Part shown: piece after piece, positions 24,401-36,180 of the stretch
Position numbering within the stretch: the stretch's first letter is position 1
How the letters are laid out: the number at the start of each line of letters is the position of its first letter
DNA from: Raja brachyura
Lineage: Eukaryota
DNA length: 64,000 nucleotides
Direction of reading: 5' to 3'
NCBI GenBank assembly: GCA_963514005.1
Contig: OY740781.1
Location: 113,460,001-113,524,000 of the forward strand
The notes under the pieces: generated by a model
Databases searched by the model: none
The model's input: the letters and a program-made list of their open reading frames with translations, nothing else
Told to the model about the DNA's origin: nothing
Position numbers and translations under genes: made by a program

Positions 24401-26516
24401 GTAGTAGAGGAAATGCCAAATGGAGGATAATGATAAATGCTAACCAAAACCAAACGAAGCAATAAAGCCTAGCTAGAAGTTACCAAGTTGAACCAAGGGT
24501 ACTGCTTTAAACATATTGAACGTCAAAATCACATTATGTTCCAAATATACTGAATCTGATTAAAAATACCAAACATTAAATATCTGAACTGGACAGTAAG
24601 GTCTATAGTCGCCAACAAATCTAGATCTTGGACATATTACCAACACAAAACTGTACTTTGAATTCACTACTCGTCTTTGCACCAATTTCTGCCCAAAAAT
24701 GCATGATGGTTCTGGCCACGAGCTGTCCACAATAATAATAGTTGGGGGTAATTTTAATTTAGTCTAAAATTGATCTTTTACTGGGTAAGAGGTCCTTGCC
24801 CCAATGACTATCCCAATATCTAAACTTAATTGGGAATGTCAATAGTTTGACCATCAAATACCTGATTGCAAACATTAGGTTAGGCTTTCACAGGATCAGA
24901 AACCGACAGCAGACCTTTCATCACTCGTTGAAAAGAACTAAAAGGAACACACAAAGCACTGTCCTGTCTGTGAAAGCCTAACTTTATCCAACAGCAGTAA
25001 TATAACCACTGCCATTTCTTGTTTGTTAGGAACCAGTACAATGTCTCATAGATTCCTATTGGAAACAATTCTCAATATTTAAACTAGATTGTTTTTTGAC
25101 AACATATGAAAATTGTGGAGAAAAATAAAAGGGGCACTCCCAATACCAAAAAAAAATGACATAACCTTTCTGAATGAAAGCAAGTTGCTACACATTTAGG
25201 ACATCAGTAGTGCTGTAGACCCACTAGACAAACCATAAGAATCCCACTGTTGATTGCTGTAGGTAAGAATCATTTCAGACAGATCGCAAATAACTTCCAC
25301 AAATGACCAAAACCAGATTAAGCTTCCGAACAGTTTGATCTTCTGTAATCAAACCTTTGTATGAGTTGGGGATTAACAAAATTGAAATAATACAAATAAA
25401 TTTTGGAATAGCGCCATTCAAATTAAGTCTACTCTTCATAAGGGTAATATCGGGTTATTTCACAGGCGGGCAATCTTAAAAAACAAATCTTACCATAACA
25501 GCATAACCAATGTTACATTTTAACATAAACGAGTATAGCAATAAAATTATCCATCCAGCCTGCACTATGGTGCAAATCAGGGGAACGGGAGTAAAGAACA
25601 CTACCAGTCGATTTTCTACAAAACGGGAACACTCTTTGTGAAAGTTACCCATTCTCAAAAGGGAATTGTAAATGCTTAAAAGTAAAACAAAAAACTTCCC
25701 GCCACAAATCATCGACGCCATTGAGCGAGATGAAAACAATCTGCCTCTGCCCAGGGGGGGCACACGAGTGGCAAGGGTGCCGGGTAAAGTGAGATTTGTG
25801 AACGATACCGCGCGAATGAATGTTTGTATTTTCATATGGCTCCGAAAATGTCAGAACAATGTCTGCAGCTTTGTATATTCTTTACTCTGAATAAAGTTTA
25901 TTTTGATTTTTATTTAAATCTGCCTCTGCCCATTGACACAGTATCCGCGGGAAAGACGGGAGGAAGCACATGGGAGAGGGAATGTGGCCGGGAGAGACTG
26001 CAGGCTGCGCTCTCCTCTCCCCACACCCCCGCCTCCGTCACAATGGTCCTCACGTCACAATGGGGCCCGCAACCGGAAGCCGGGCCGGGCCGGCCGGGTA
26101 GCGCGCGCGCCACCGATGAATGAACGGCCGATCGGCCGGAGCGGGGTGGGTGGGCAGACAGGCGGCGGGGAGGGGAATGGGGATGGGGGTGGGGCGGGGA
26201 GGGAGGCCCCGACCGGGCATCGCCAAGGACACAGGGGCAGACATGGCCTACTCTCCCTTCCCGTCTTTCCTCTTCTCTCGCCACCACCTCACCCTTCGTC
26301 CTCCTCCGTTTTGCTTGCGTCGATCTTGGCCCCCTCGGTCTCGATGACCGCGACCAAGCCGTCGCCACCCTCGCCTGCCTTGGCCTCCGACGTCGCGTCG
26401 CTCAGGCCCGCCGCCTCCGCCGATGCCTCGCTCGCCGCCGCCGCTGCTGCCGCCGCCACCGCTCCCAGGCCTTGCTCCGAAGCCTCGATCTCGGAGAACT
26501 GCTCTGCCTCCGACAT
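21350..26516 (-). CDS. HNRNPD: Heterogeneous nuclear ribonucleoprotein D0 (AUF1), whole spliced CDS, 340 aa
   Basis: complement(join(26293-26516,23692-23860,23407-23565,22900-23031,22436-22553,22205-22357,21350-21417)) = 1023 nt. All introns are GT-AG with consistent phases. Ala-rich N-terminus, two RRMs, Q run, RGG, Y/G-rich exon, and C-terminus HQNSYKPY typical of HNRNPD. Confidence 0.95.
22205..22357 (-). CDS. HNRNPD: HNRNPD Tyr/Gly-rich exon (equivalent of mammalian alternative exon 7)
   Basis: ttttcag|CC...A|gtaagt, 153 nt, frame-preserving. [50 protein letters not shown]. Confidence 0.94.
22436..22553 (-). CDS. HNRNPD: HNRNPD Q-rich/RGG exon
   Basis: tgacag|TGT...G|gtaatg, 118 nt. [39 protein letters not shown]; VAMSKE is HNRNPD-type. 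Confidence 0.95.
22900..23031 (-). CDS. HNRNPD: HNRNPD RRM2 exon
   Basis: atttag|GTG...AAG|gtatgt, 132 nt. [44 protein letters not shown]. Confidence 0.96.
23407..23565 (-). CDS. HNRNPD: HNRNPD RRM1-RRM2 linker exon
   Basis: atatag|GTT...GAA|gtatgt, 159 nt. [53 protein letters not shown]. Confidence 0.96.
23692..23860 (-). CDS. HNRNPD: HNRNPD RRM1 exon
   Basis: ctgcag|A AAA ATG...AAG|gtattt, 169 nt. [56 protein letters not shown], with RNP2 and RNP1. Confidence 0.96.
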
Positions 26517-27060
26517 CTCTGGGGCAAACCGGGAACCCGCCGCCGCTGCACCGCCGCCCTGATCAAAGGGGGGAGAGAGACGCACGAGCGCGCGCGCTCA
26601 CACACAGAGTCCGCACCGATCGCAGCACCGCCGCAGGTAACAGATCTCGATTAAGGAAGAAGAGGAGGAAACGGCGGGAGCGCTGGTGCGGATCGACGGG
26701 TGTGGAGCCGGGTAGGGAAAGCGGCCGCACACGCCCGCTCCTCTCTTTAAATAATGGTGTCCTCACAAAATGGCCGCCGCGACCGGGACCTGGGCCCGGG
26801 GCGGGTCACGTGAGCGGGGCGGCAAAGGCAGCCAATGGGCGGTGGGTGCGCGTCGCCGCCCGCGGGGGGCGGGGGCGGGGGGGGGGAGAGCTGGGGCTGG
26901 AATGTTACCAAGAGTCTCGTCAGGCGGCTCCGTGGGCAAGAGGCGACTCCGTCTGCTGTGTGGCGGCCGCGGAGGAGGAACAAAGCACGCATTGTGACTG
27001 CAGGTGGAGGAGTCCTCCTCCCGCAGGCCGTGTGTGTGTGTGAGAGCGAGCGCAGCCGTG
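25940..27060. promoter_or_regulatory. CpG island / HNRNPD promoter and 5'UTR
   Basis: Very GC- and CpG-rich against an AT-rich background. YY1-like caaaatggccgc (26766-26777), E-box gtcacgtga (26805-26813), GC boxes (about 26797 and 26867), CCAAT (about 26832), and TATTTAAA on - (26746-26753). Confidence 0.85.
26293..26516 (-). CDS. HNRNPD: HNRNPD exon 1 coding part
   Basis: ATG at 26516; [30 protein letters not shown]...[15 protein letters not shown]; donor GG|gtgag. Confidence 0.93.
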
Positions 27061-27069
27061 TGACATTTA

Positions 27070-27640
27070 CCAGGACTCGAAGGTCTAAGCTATAGGGAGA
27101 GTTTGAATAGACTGGGACTCTATTCCCTGGAGCGCAGGAGGATGAGGGGTGATGTTATCGAGGTGGATAAAGCCATGAGAGGAATAGACCAGGTAGACGT
27201 ATAGAGTCTCTTGCCCAGACTAGGGGAATCGAGAACCTGAGGACAGAAGGAGGGGAGGGCGAGAGAGAGAGAGATTCAATAGGAATCTGAGGGGTAACCT
27301 TTTCATACAAAGAGTGGTTGGTGTATGGAATGAGCTGCCAGAGGAGGTATTTGAGGTAGGTACTATCGCAACGTTTTAAACACGATTTCAAGATCAGTTT
27401 ATTGTCACATGTACCAATTAAGGTACGGTTAAATTTGTGCGTCAATTAGACAGGGTAGGGTAGGTTTGGAGGGATATGGGCCAAGCGCAGACCCAAAATA
27501 CTGGAATAACTCAGGCAGCATCTCTGGATAGAAGGAATGGATGTTTTGGGTCAAGACCCTTCTTTGACTAGTGTAGGACTAATGTAGCTGGGACATTGCC
27601 AGTGCGGGCAAGTTATGCCAATGGGCCTGTTTGCATGTGG
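27070..27640 (+). mobile_element. CR1 3' fragments with small nested repeats
   Basis: ctgggactctattccctggagcgcaggaggatgaggggtgat (LGLYSLE.RRMRGD), followed by CR1-type 3' region. Confidence 0.65.
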
Positions 27641-27744
27641 TATGGTAAATGCTCATCACTGAATGTGTTGCAATGTTATGGAATTCCTTTCCTGTGTTAC
27701 CCACAAAATATTTGTGCAGTGAAGCTGAGAAACTGGATAATATG

Positions 27745-27842
27745 CGTTGACACAAAATGCTGGAATAACTCAGTGGATCAGTCAGCATCTCTGGGGAGAT
27801 GAAATGGGTGACGTTTCGGGTCGAGACTCTTCTTCAGACTGA
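27745..27842 (-). mobile_element. PLE terminal repeat with the best-preserved minimal hammerhead ribozyme motif (27810-27837)
   Basis: Minus strand agt-CTGAAGA-agagtctcgaccc-GAAAC-GTC-acc. Confidence 0.65.
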
Positions 27843-28284
27843 TCCAGGTTTTGGCCGAATATTCTCATTCTCCTGACCAGCTCCTCTTTGTCCCGCTAAT
27901 TCACTGCCCCTGACCTCTCTATTTTCATTTTCATCTGAATTCTACCTCTCTTCACCATACAGCATTGTAGTTGATGAAACTATTATAATGTGAGGCACAT
28001 TTTACTAACTGTTGCAACGTAAAGTTTGCCTGACCCCAGTGCAGTCTAATATTCTGCATGGAGACATATGTAACTGCAATTGTTGGAATCTTGAATAAAG
28101 CACACATTGCTGGAGTAACTCAGTGGACCAAGTAGCATCTCTGGAGGATATGGACAGGTTCGGATATGCTTCTTTAGTATGGATAATGACAATGATTTTA
28201 GGTTTGTTTAAGATTATGTTCACTGAGGTACAGTGATTTGTTTTGCATGCTATCAATCAAATCAGATAATACTGTACATAATTC

Positions 28285-31200
28285 AATGCATAGATACAAT
28301 CAACTGTTCTGGATGTCAGATGTGGGAGGTCATGGAGTCTGATTGCCTTCCAGACGTCCATATCTGCGCCAGGTGCGTCGAGATGGGGCTCCTAAGGGAT
28401 CGTATTAGGAACCTGGAGCAGCAGCTCGATGACCTGTCTGGTCAGGGAGAGCGAGGAGGTCATAGAGAGGTGGTCACTCCAAGACCACGGGAGGCAGACA
28501 AGTGGGTCACGGTTAGGAGGGGCAAGGGGCAGAGGCAGGGACTAGAGAGTACCCTGGTGGCTGTACATCTTGGAAATAAGTATTCCTGTTTGAGTACTGT
28601 TGGAGACAGCCTACCTAGGGGTAGCGACAGCGGCCGGGCCTCCGGCACAGAGACCGGTCCTGTTGCTCAGAAGGGTAGGGAAAAGAAGAGGAGCGCATTG
28701 GTAATAGGGGACTCTATAGTTAGGGGGTCAGATAGGCGATTCTGTGGACGCAGTCAGGAGACCCGGATGGTAGTTTGCCTCCCTGGTGCCATGGTCTGGG
28801 ATGTGGCTGAACGTGTCCAAGATATCCTGAAAGGGGAGGGAGAGGAGCCCGAGGTCGTGGTACATATAGGTACCAATGACATAGGTAGAAAAAGAGAAGA
28901 GGTCCTGAAAGGAGAATTTAGAGAGTTAGGAGGAGAGTTAAGGAGAAGGACCGCGAAGGTAACAATCTTAGGATTACTGCCTGTGCCACACGATAGTGAG
29001 AGTAGGAATGGAGCGAGGTGGAGGATAAATGCGTGGCTGAAGGACTGGTGCAGAGGGCAGGGATTCAAGTTTCTGGATCATTGGGACCTCTTTTGGGGAA
29101 GGTGTGACCTGTACAAAAAGGATGGGTTGCACTTGAACCCGAGGGGGACAAATATCCTGGCGGGGAGATTTACAAAGGCTACTGGGAAGACTTTAAACTA
29201 AAACGGTTGGGGGGAGGGACTCAAATAGAGAAAGCTAGTAGACAGTGTGTGAGGCAGGAGGCAGAGAAGGGAAGCACTCAGACCCAACATGTAGGGGAGA
29301 AAGAAGAAAAATATAATAAACAGAGAATAAGAGGTGGTGGGTTTCTTAAATGTGTGAACAGAGAGACAGAGGGGTGTAAAATAAGGGTAGAAGCAATAGG
29401 TAGCAAGGTGAAAAGTAAAAGTGGCAGGCAGACAAATCCAGGGCAAAAATCAAAAAAGGGCCACTTTTCAACATAATTGTATAAGGGGTAAGAGTGTTGT
29501 AAAAACAAGCCTGAAGGCTTTATGTATCAATGCAAGGAGCATTCGTAATAAGGTGGATGAGTTGAATGTGCAGATAGTTATTAATGAACATGATCTAGTT
29601 GGGATCACGGAGACATGGCTCCAGGGTGACCAAGGCTGGGAGCTGAACATCCAGGGATATTCAATATTCAGGAGGGATAGACAGAATGGAAAAGAAGGTG
29701 GGGTAGCGTTGCTGGTTAGAGAGGAGATTAACGCAATGGAAAGGAAGGACATTAGCTTGGAGGATGTGGAATCGATATGGGTAGAGCTGAGAAACACTAA
29801 GCGGCAGAAAACGCTAGTGGGAGTTGTGTAGAGGCCACCTAACAGTAGTAGTGGAGTTGGGGATGGCAACAAACAGGAAATTAGAAATGCATGCAACAAA
29901 GATAAAACAATTATAATGGGTGACTTCAATCTACACATAGATTGGGTGAATCAAATTGACAGGGGTGCTGAGGAAGAGGATGTCTTGGAATGTATGCGGG
30001 ATAGTTTTCTAAAGCAACATGCAGAGGAACCAATGAGAGAGCAGGCTATTCTAGACTGGGTATTGAGTAATGAGGAAGGGTTAGTTAACAGTCTTGTTGT
30101 GCGTGGCCCCTTGGGTGAGAGTGACCATAATAAAGTTGAGTTCGTCATTAGGATGGAGAGTGACATAATTAATTCAGAAACAAGGGTTCTGAACTTAAAG
30201 AAAGGTAACTTTTAAGGTATGAGACATGAATAGGCCAAGATAGACTGGCAATTGATTCTTAAAGGGTTGACAGTGGATAGGCAAAATAAAGCATTTAAAG
30301 ACTGCATGGATGAACTACAAACATTGTTCATCTCAGTTTGGCAAAATAATAAATCAGGGAAGGTAGTGCATCCATGGACAACAAGGGAAATCAGGGATTG
30401 TATAAAAACAAAAGATGAAGCATACAAATTAGCCAGAAAAAGCAGCCTACCAGAGGACTGGGAGAAATTCAGAGTCCAGCAGAGGAGGACAAAGGGATTA
30501 ATTAGGAACGGAAAAATAGATTATGAAAGAAAACTGGCAGGGAACATAAAAACTGACTGCAAAAGTTTTTATAGATATGTGAAGAGAAAAAAAAAAGTTA
30601 AAACAAATGTAGGTCCCCTGCAGTCAGAAACTGGTGAATTGATCATGGGGAACAAGGACATGGCAGACCAATTGAATAACGACTTTGATTCTGTCTTCAC
30701 TAAGGAAGACATAAATAATCTGCCGGAAATAGCAGGGGACCGGGGGTCAAATGAGATGGAGGAGCTGAGTGAAATCAAGGTTAGTAGGGAAGTGGTGTTA
30801 GGTAAATTGAATGGATTAAAGGCCGATAAATTCCCAGGGCCAGATAGGCTGCATCCCAGAGTACATCCCAAAGTAGCCCCAGAAATAGTGGATGCAGTAG
30901 TGATAATTTTTCAAAACTCTTTAGATTCTGGAGTAGTTCCTGAGGATTGGAGGGAGCTAATGTAAACCCACTTTTTAAAAAGGGCGGGAGAGAGAAAATG
31001 TGGAATTACATACCAGTTAGTCTAACATCGGTAGTGGGGAAACTGCTAGAGTCAGTTATTAAAGATGGAATAGCAGCACATTTGGAAAGTGGAGAAATCA
31101 TTGGATTTCATGGATTTATGAAAGAAATCATATCTGACGAATCTTATAGAACTTTTCGAGAATGTAACTAGTAGAGTGGATAAGGGAGAACCAGTGGATG

Positions 31201-31475
31201 TGTTATATCTGGACTTTCAGAAGGCTTTCGACAAGGTCCCACATAAGAGATCAGTATGCAAACTTAAAGCACACGGTGTGGGGGTTCAGTATTGATGTGG
31301 ATAGAGAACTGGCTGGCAGACAGGAAGCATAGAGTAGGAGTAAACGGGTCCTTTTCAGAATAGCAGGCAGTGACTAGTGGGGTACCGCAAGGCTCGGTGC
31401 TGGGACCCCAGCTATTTACAATATATATTAATGATTTGGACGAGGGAATTGAATGCAACATCTCCAGGTTTGCAA
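28285..31475 (+). mobile_element. CR1 LINE with ORF1 (Zn finger, coiled coil, SGNH esterase) and disrupted ORF2 (APE endonuclease and RT), 3'-truncated
   Basis: ORF 28233-29201: CxxC...CxxC, LRDRIRNLEQQL, GDSIVR, HIGTND, DGLHLN. ORF2 pieces: NARSI, GITETWL, MGDFN, LDWVL, SDH, then RT up to [10 protein letters not shown]...ISRFA. Confidence 0.95.
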
Positions 31476-31960
31476 TGCAACAAGTCAATATGGTCTCTTC
31501 CATCCATCTGTAAAAGTTCAAGAGAATATTCATTGATTATAGTAAATCTCCTCAATTTTCTAAAGAAGTAGAGGTGTTGATGGGCTGTCTTTATGATTGC
31601 ATCAGTGTCTGTGCCAAAATAGATCTTCACAGATATGCATGCCCAGGAACTTGACATTTCTCCACCACCAACCCACAATAAACACAGGTTCATGGATCCT
31701 CTGTGTATCCCCATCTAAACTCAACAATCGACACCTTTGTCTTACTGATGTTGAGTGCAAAGTTATTGTTCTGACTCGTTTCAATCAGAATTTAATTCTC
31801 CCTCCTATACCCCGATTTGTCATTACCCGTTATTCATTCAACAACCGTGGTATCATTGGCAAATTTACAGATGATGTTGAAGCTGTGGCTGCACAGTCAT
31901 TTGTATAGAGTGAGTAGAGCAGGGGACTGGGCACACAGCCCCGAGGTGCTCCTGCTGCCA
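31476..31960 (-). mobile_element. Rex1/Babar-like LINE RT fragment
   Basis: GAPRGCVPSPLLYSLYTNDC, KFLGMHI, and AHQHLYFFRKLRRF. Confidence 0.75.
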
Positions 31961-32402
31961 CTGGACACTGTAATGGCCTCTGAAATACTGCCTGAGTGCA
32001 GAGTTGGCTTTGATGCATTGTGAACAACTTGTACAAGTAGTTCCGCTATTACATGCATTTTGATAACAAATTGGATGTAACGTGGGATGAATTAGGGAAC
32101 ACTATTTACATTAAGCGGTCCTTAGGCGGATGCTGTCAACTTGGGCATCAGTATTCAGTGATTGTATCAGAGGAAGAAAAAAAAAGTTACCAAAACCCTG
32201 CTGTATAAGATTTGTGATCTTCAAATTATTCAATATTAGGATTACTGAAATATTTAATACTAATTACAAGTACAAATGTTCGCCCACAAAACATAACATC
32301 CAGAAGTTTATTTTTTAATTCTAAATAAGAATTGATTAATGGTAATATTTTCTTTATTTTTCTAATTATGTCTTTTCTATATGCACTTAGTTGTGACATT
32401 AA

Positions 32403-32701
32403 AGGGCCTGTCCCACTTTCCCGAGTTACTCACAAATTCTCCCGTGTTTTCCCCTTGATTCAAACTCGGAGAATGTCCATAGCAAGCCCGTAGATATATC
32501 GTAGTGGCTCGTTATGCCAGTCGTAGGTACTCGGGCCATCAGGTAAGTCGGGACGTTTTTTCCAGCATGACAAAAAAGTCCACACATATAAAGATAGTCG
32601 GGAGGAGAAAAATTGCAACTTTCGTAGATCACAAAATCTTGATTTTTTTTTTTAAGGTCCTTTCAACTCGGCAGAAGACTCGGGAAAGTGGAACAGGCCC
32701 T
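32403..32701. mobile_element. MITE with about 24-bp TIRs flanked by TTAA
   Basis: ttaa|agggcctgtcccactttcccgagt ... actcgggaaagtggaacaggccct|ttaa. Superfamily uncertain (Kolobok/T2-like or Harbinger). Confidence 0.8.
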
Positions 32702-32988
32702 TTAACCTCACCCATCCTTATTCCTTTCCTAAGTATTCCTGTTAAATATCAATGGATATAATTTGCATCAGTAAATTGTAGCTTTGTACTTGTGAAGGTA
32801 TACTTGTTTTATTTTTAAGTCTCCCCAAATTACTTTATGCAATTAGTTTGCCAGCGTTTCCTGTACCTGCAGATTAGCCACAGGGTATCTAATGTTTTAG
32901 CCAAAACCTAACCATGAATGGTTCCCATTCTAAATTACTCCTACCCCCGTTCTCTTCTATCAGCAGGTTGCAAGAATTTACATGGCTA

Positions 32989-34003
32989 CTAGACCAGCTT
33001 CACACGGGAGGGCTGGTCCTCCAACGCAATATTCTACCTCTCCACCAATTCCAATATACACACACTCTCACACATTGACTCACACACCATATATATGACA
33101 GTAAACTTTCTTGAATCTACTCACACGGCTGAGCGTGGCCTCTCCACTGTGGGGCTTCCGCAGTCAGTGGCACTTCCACAATCAGTGTGACCTCTGCACT
33201 TATCGGAAATTACGCAATCGGTGCGACCTCTGCCCTCACCGGACATCACGCAATCAGCGCGACCTGTCCACTAAGCAGAAGTCACGAAATGAGCGGGACT
33301 TTTAGAATAAACACAGTCGGACCTAATAAAGCATTTATTCCTTCCAAACACAGTCAGACCTAATAAAGCATTTATTCCTTCCAAACACAGTCAGACCTAA
33401 TAAAGCATTTATTCCTTCCAAACAGTCAGACCTAATAAAGCCTTTATTCCTTCCAAACACAGTGGGATCTAATAAAGCATTGCAGTTTCAAGCGCAGGCA
33501 GTGCAGCAGGCCAAACAACTCATGGCATTGTCATTTCATTTCCAATTAAGCATTGCAATTTCAAGCACAGGCAGAGCAGCAGGCCCAACAACTCATGGCA
33601 TTGTCATTAAGGGCTAACAAATCATTTATTGCAAGTACATTGCAGACTCACAGTTCATTTGATTCACAGCTTAGAATGACAGTCGTGGCCTCTCCCTCGT
33701 GATGTTGCAGAGTGACTGACTCGTGTCCAGGCATCTGGGGTTTTATAGTCCTGACCCCACCCCCCCAAGGAAGGGGCGTTACCTCCATCACAGTGATTGA
33801 CAGGCGAGAGGACCAATCAGCTGATCTCAATGTTGTTTTTTTTAAACATAACTTTGATGGGAAAAATCCTCGGGGCTGGCTCAGCGGAGGAGAACTGTGA
33901 GTAAGATGGCCAAAACTCACAGCGATACAGGGTTGCGTTTTTTCTGAAATCAATATACAGCACAGATAGGAAGTGGTCAAGATGAGACTTTTAATTATAT
34001 TGA
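32989..34003 (-). mobile_element. Non-autonomous Helitron
   Basis: Minus strand A|TC aatataattaaaagtctcatcttgaccacttcct ... ccagccctcccgtgtgaagctggtCTAG|T. Both ends are homologous to the 41933-43053 copy. The terminal hairpin is missing here. Confidence 0.7.
33309..33480. repeat. 37-bp minisatellite, about 4.7 copies
   Basis: Unit aaacacagtcagacctaataaagcatttattccttcc starting at 33309, 33346, 33383, 33420 and 33455. Confidence 0.95.
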
Positions 34004-35434
34004 TACCTTCCCACCCATTACACTGATACTTCAGAGTTGAAAATCGCAGCTGCATCTCATCATTTCATATCTCTCACAAGAAATGTCCCTAATGCATGAT
34101 ACAATTTCAGTGTCATGGAGTGCTTCTTTGTAATTTTCATAATTATTAAACGATATATTTTTAAGTTACATTGTCCTTGTTTCAATTCCTCATTTCATTT
34201 ATATTGCCCATTTTCTATCATCAGTTTTCTCAAAGATTCCAGCATCTGCAGTCTTGTCTAGCCATTTTCTATTATGTTCTCCCATTCCTTCCTGAAGGCA
34301 GAAACACATCTTGGATTTCAGCTCAATGAGCAGCAATAGACTTCCTGCTGGTGCTTCCAGATACCCGTGTAGAACGTGATTATTCGTAAAGGAATGTCTG
34401 ATCTTGTTTGTGAACAACATCACAAATATCAATTTAACACGGATTGCAGTTTGCGTATAAAAAGCAGAATAAAACTCCTATTACATTTTTAATACGTGCA
34501 GATGTTTTTGGTGAAAGAGTACTGGAAACTCTTCAGACGCTTTGGAAGAGACCGTTGCACTGTTTTTCCAGAATTTCAGCCAATCTGTAGAAGCTCAAAG
34601 TGCCTGCGTGAAGAGAATGTTTTCTGACTGAGTTAATAGGAAAGTCAAACAGTTAGGTTGTTGACACACTGCCATCCCTGTCTCATGGGCTTTGTTGGTC
34701 CTTTCCATTTTATTATTTTTGGGTTGATTTTGGACTTTCTAATTCTACTACACCCCACCCTCAGAGAGAATTGGAGCAATGATTAGCAAATATTTACTAC
34801 ACTATGCAGTCAGTAGATGGGGTTAGTGGGACAAACCATGACGTTCTGCTATTTTTATTATGCATAAACATATTATAATAGTAAACTCTCCATGATCTGT
34901 GCAAATATATTCAGCTTTATAATTGCAAGCAAGGATATACACCTACTAAAGAAGCACATTCCAGTAGTTGATGCAAAATTACTACTGCCTGCTTTTAAAA
35001 CAATATATTCTGGAAATAGGTATCAAATTTGTGTTGATAAAGTATCTATAACACAACAAAAGGTTGCCAAGTAGTTCAGGAGATTAATTAACCATAATTT
35101 ATACTAAGCCTTAAAAGTGACATTAAGTCAGGTAATGAAAGGACTGGTTAGGGTATTAGAAATTAGAGTTTTTTGGAGAAGGAATTATCAAGTTTAAGAC
35201 TGGCTGCTCCCCTCTGCAAACTGTAAGGCCTTAATATCATTCATAAAATGTGTGTGCCTTTAATTAAATGGAGTTCTATTGCCAATAGGGTATTTTGCCT
35301 TGGAATAGAGAATGCAAAGGAAATTGAGTACAAATTAAAATAAGTGATCTGCCTCCTGGCAGTCTTACTGTGTTGAGCTCTGCCTAACAAATCACACAGC
35401 TGCATCACAGCTTGGTTTGGGGGCAGCTCCATCC

Positions 35435-36177
35435 AGGAATTTAAGAATAACGGGTAAGCCATTTAGAACCGAGACGAGGAAACCGTTTTTCACACAGAGT
35501 TGTGAGTCTGTGGAATTCTGCCTCGGAGGGCGGTGGAGGCCGGTTCTCTGGATACTTTCTAGAGAGAACTAGATAGGGCTCTTATCGTGGAGACGGGAGA
35601 TGAGGAGAAGGCAGGAATGGGGTAATGATTGTGGATGATCAGCCGTGATCACATTGAATGGCGGTGCTGGCTCGAAGGGCCGAATGGCCTACTCCTGCAC
35701 CTATTGTCTATAAGACCACAAGAAATTGCAGCAAATTGTGGATGCAACCCAGTCCATCACACATCCAACCTTCCTTCTATTGACTCCATTTATACCTCGC
35801 GTTGCCTCGGCAATGCCAGCAGCATAATCAAGGACGAGTCACACCCCAGCCTCTTCCCCCTTCTCCCCTCTGGCAAAGGTATAGAAGTGTGAAAACACCA
35901 CACTACCAGATTCAGGGACAGTTTCTTCCCAGCTGTTATCAGGCAAATGAATCATCCTACCACAACCAGTGCGGAACTACTATCTACCTCATTGATGTCT
36001 CTCGGACTATCCTTGATCGGACTTTGCTGGTTTTACCTTGCACTAAACATTATTCCCTTATGTATCTATACACTGTAAATTGATCGATTGTAATCATGTA
36101 TTGTCTTTCTGCTGACTGGATAGCATGCAACGAAAGCTTTTCACTGTACCTCGGTACACATGACAATAACTAAACTG
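35435..36177 (+). mobile_element. CR1 3' end followed by a Rex1/L2-type 3' end
   Basis: CR1 3'UTR with ctattgtcta tail at about 35710. Then LYTSRC...IIKD.SHP...LLPSG.RYRS-like remnant and a tgacaataa end. Confidence 0.7.
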
Positions 36178-36180
36178 ACA

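Noticed and set aside
26517-26585. N-terminal extension of HNRNPD in ORF 26289-26585
   Set aside because: It starts at GTG, not ATG. The ATG at 26516 gives the MSE..QF start expected for HNRNPD.
25824-27095. Long overlapping ORFs (209 aa, 206 aa, 152 aa) in the CpG island
   Set aside because: Stop-poor GC-rich sequence, antisense or out of frame to exon 1, with no domain signature.
33309-33480. CRISPR-like 37-bp repeats
   Set aside because: Head-to-tail units with no unique spacers, no cas genes, and a vertebrate context.
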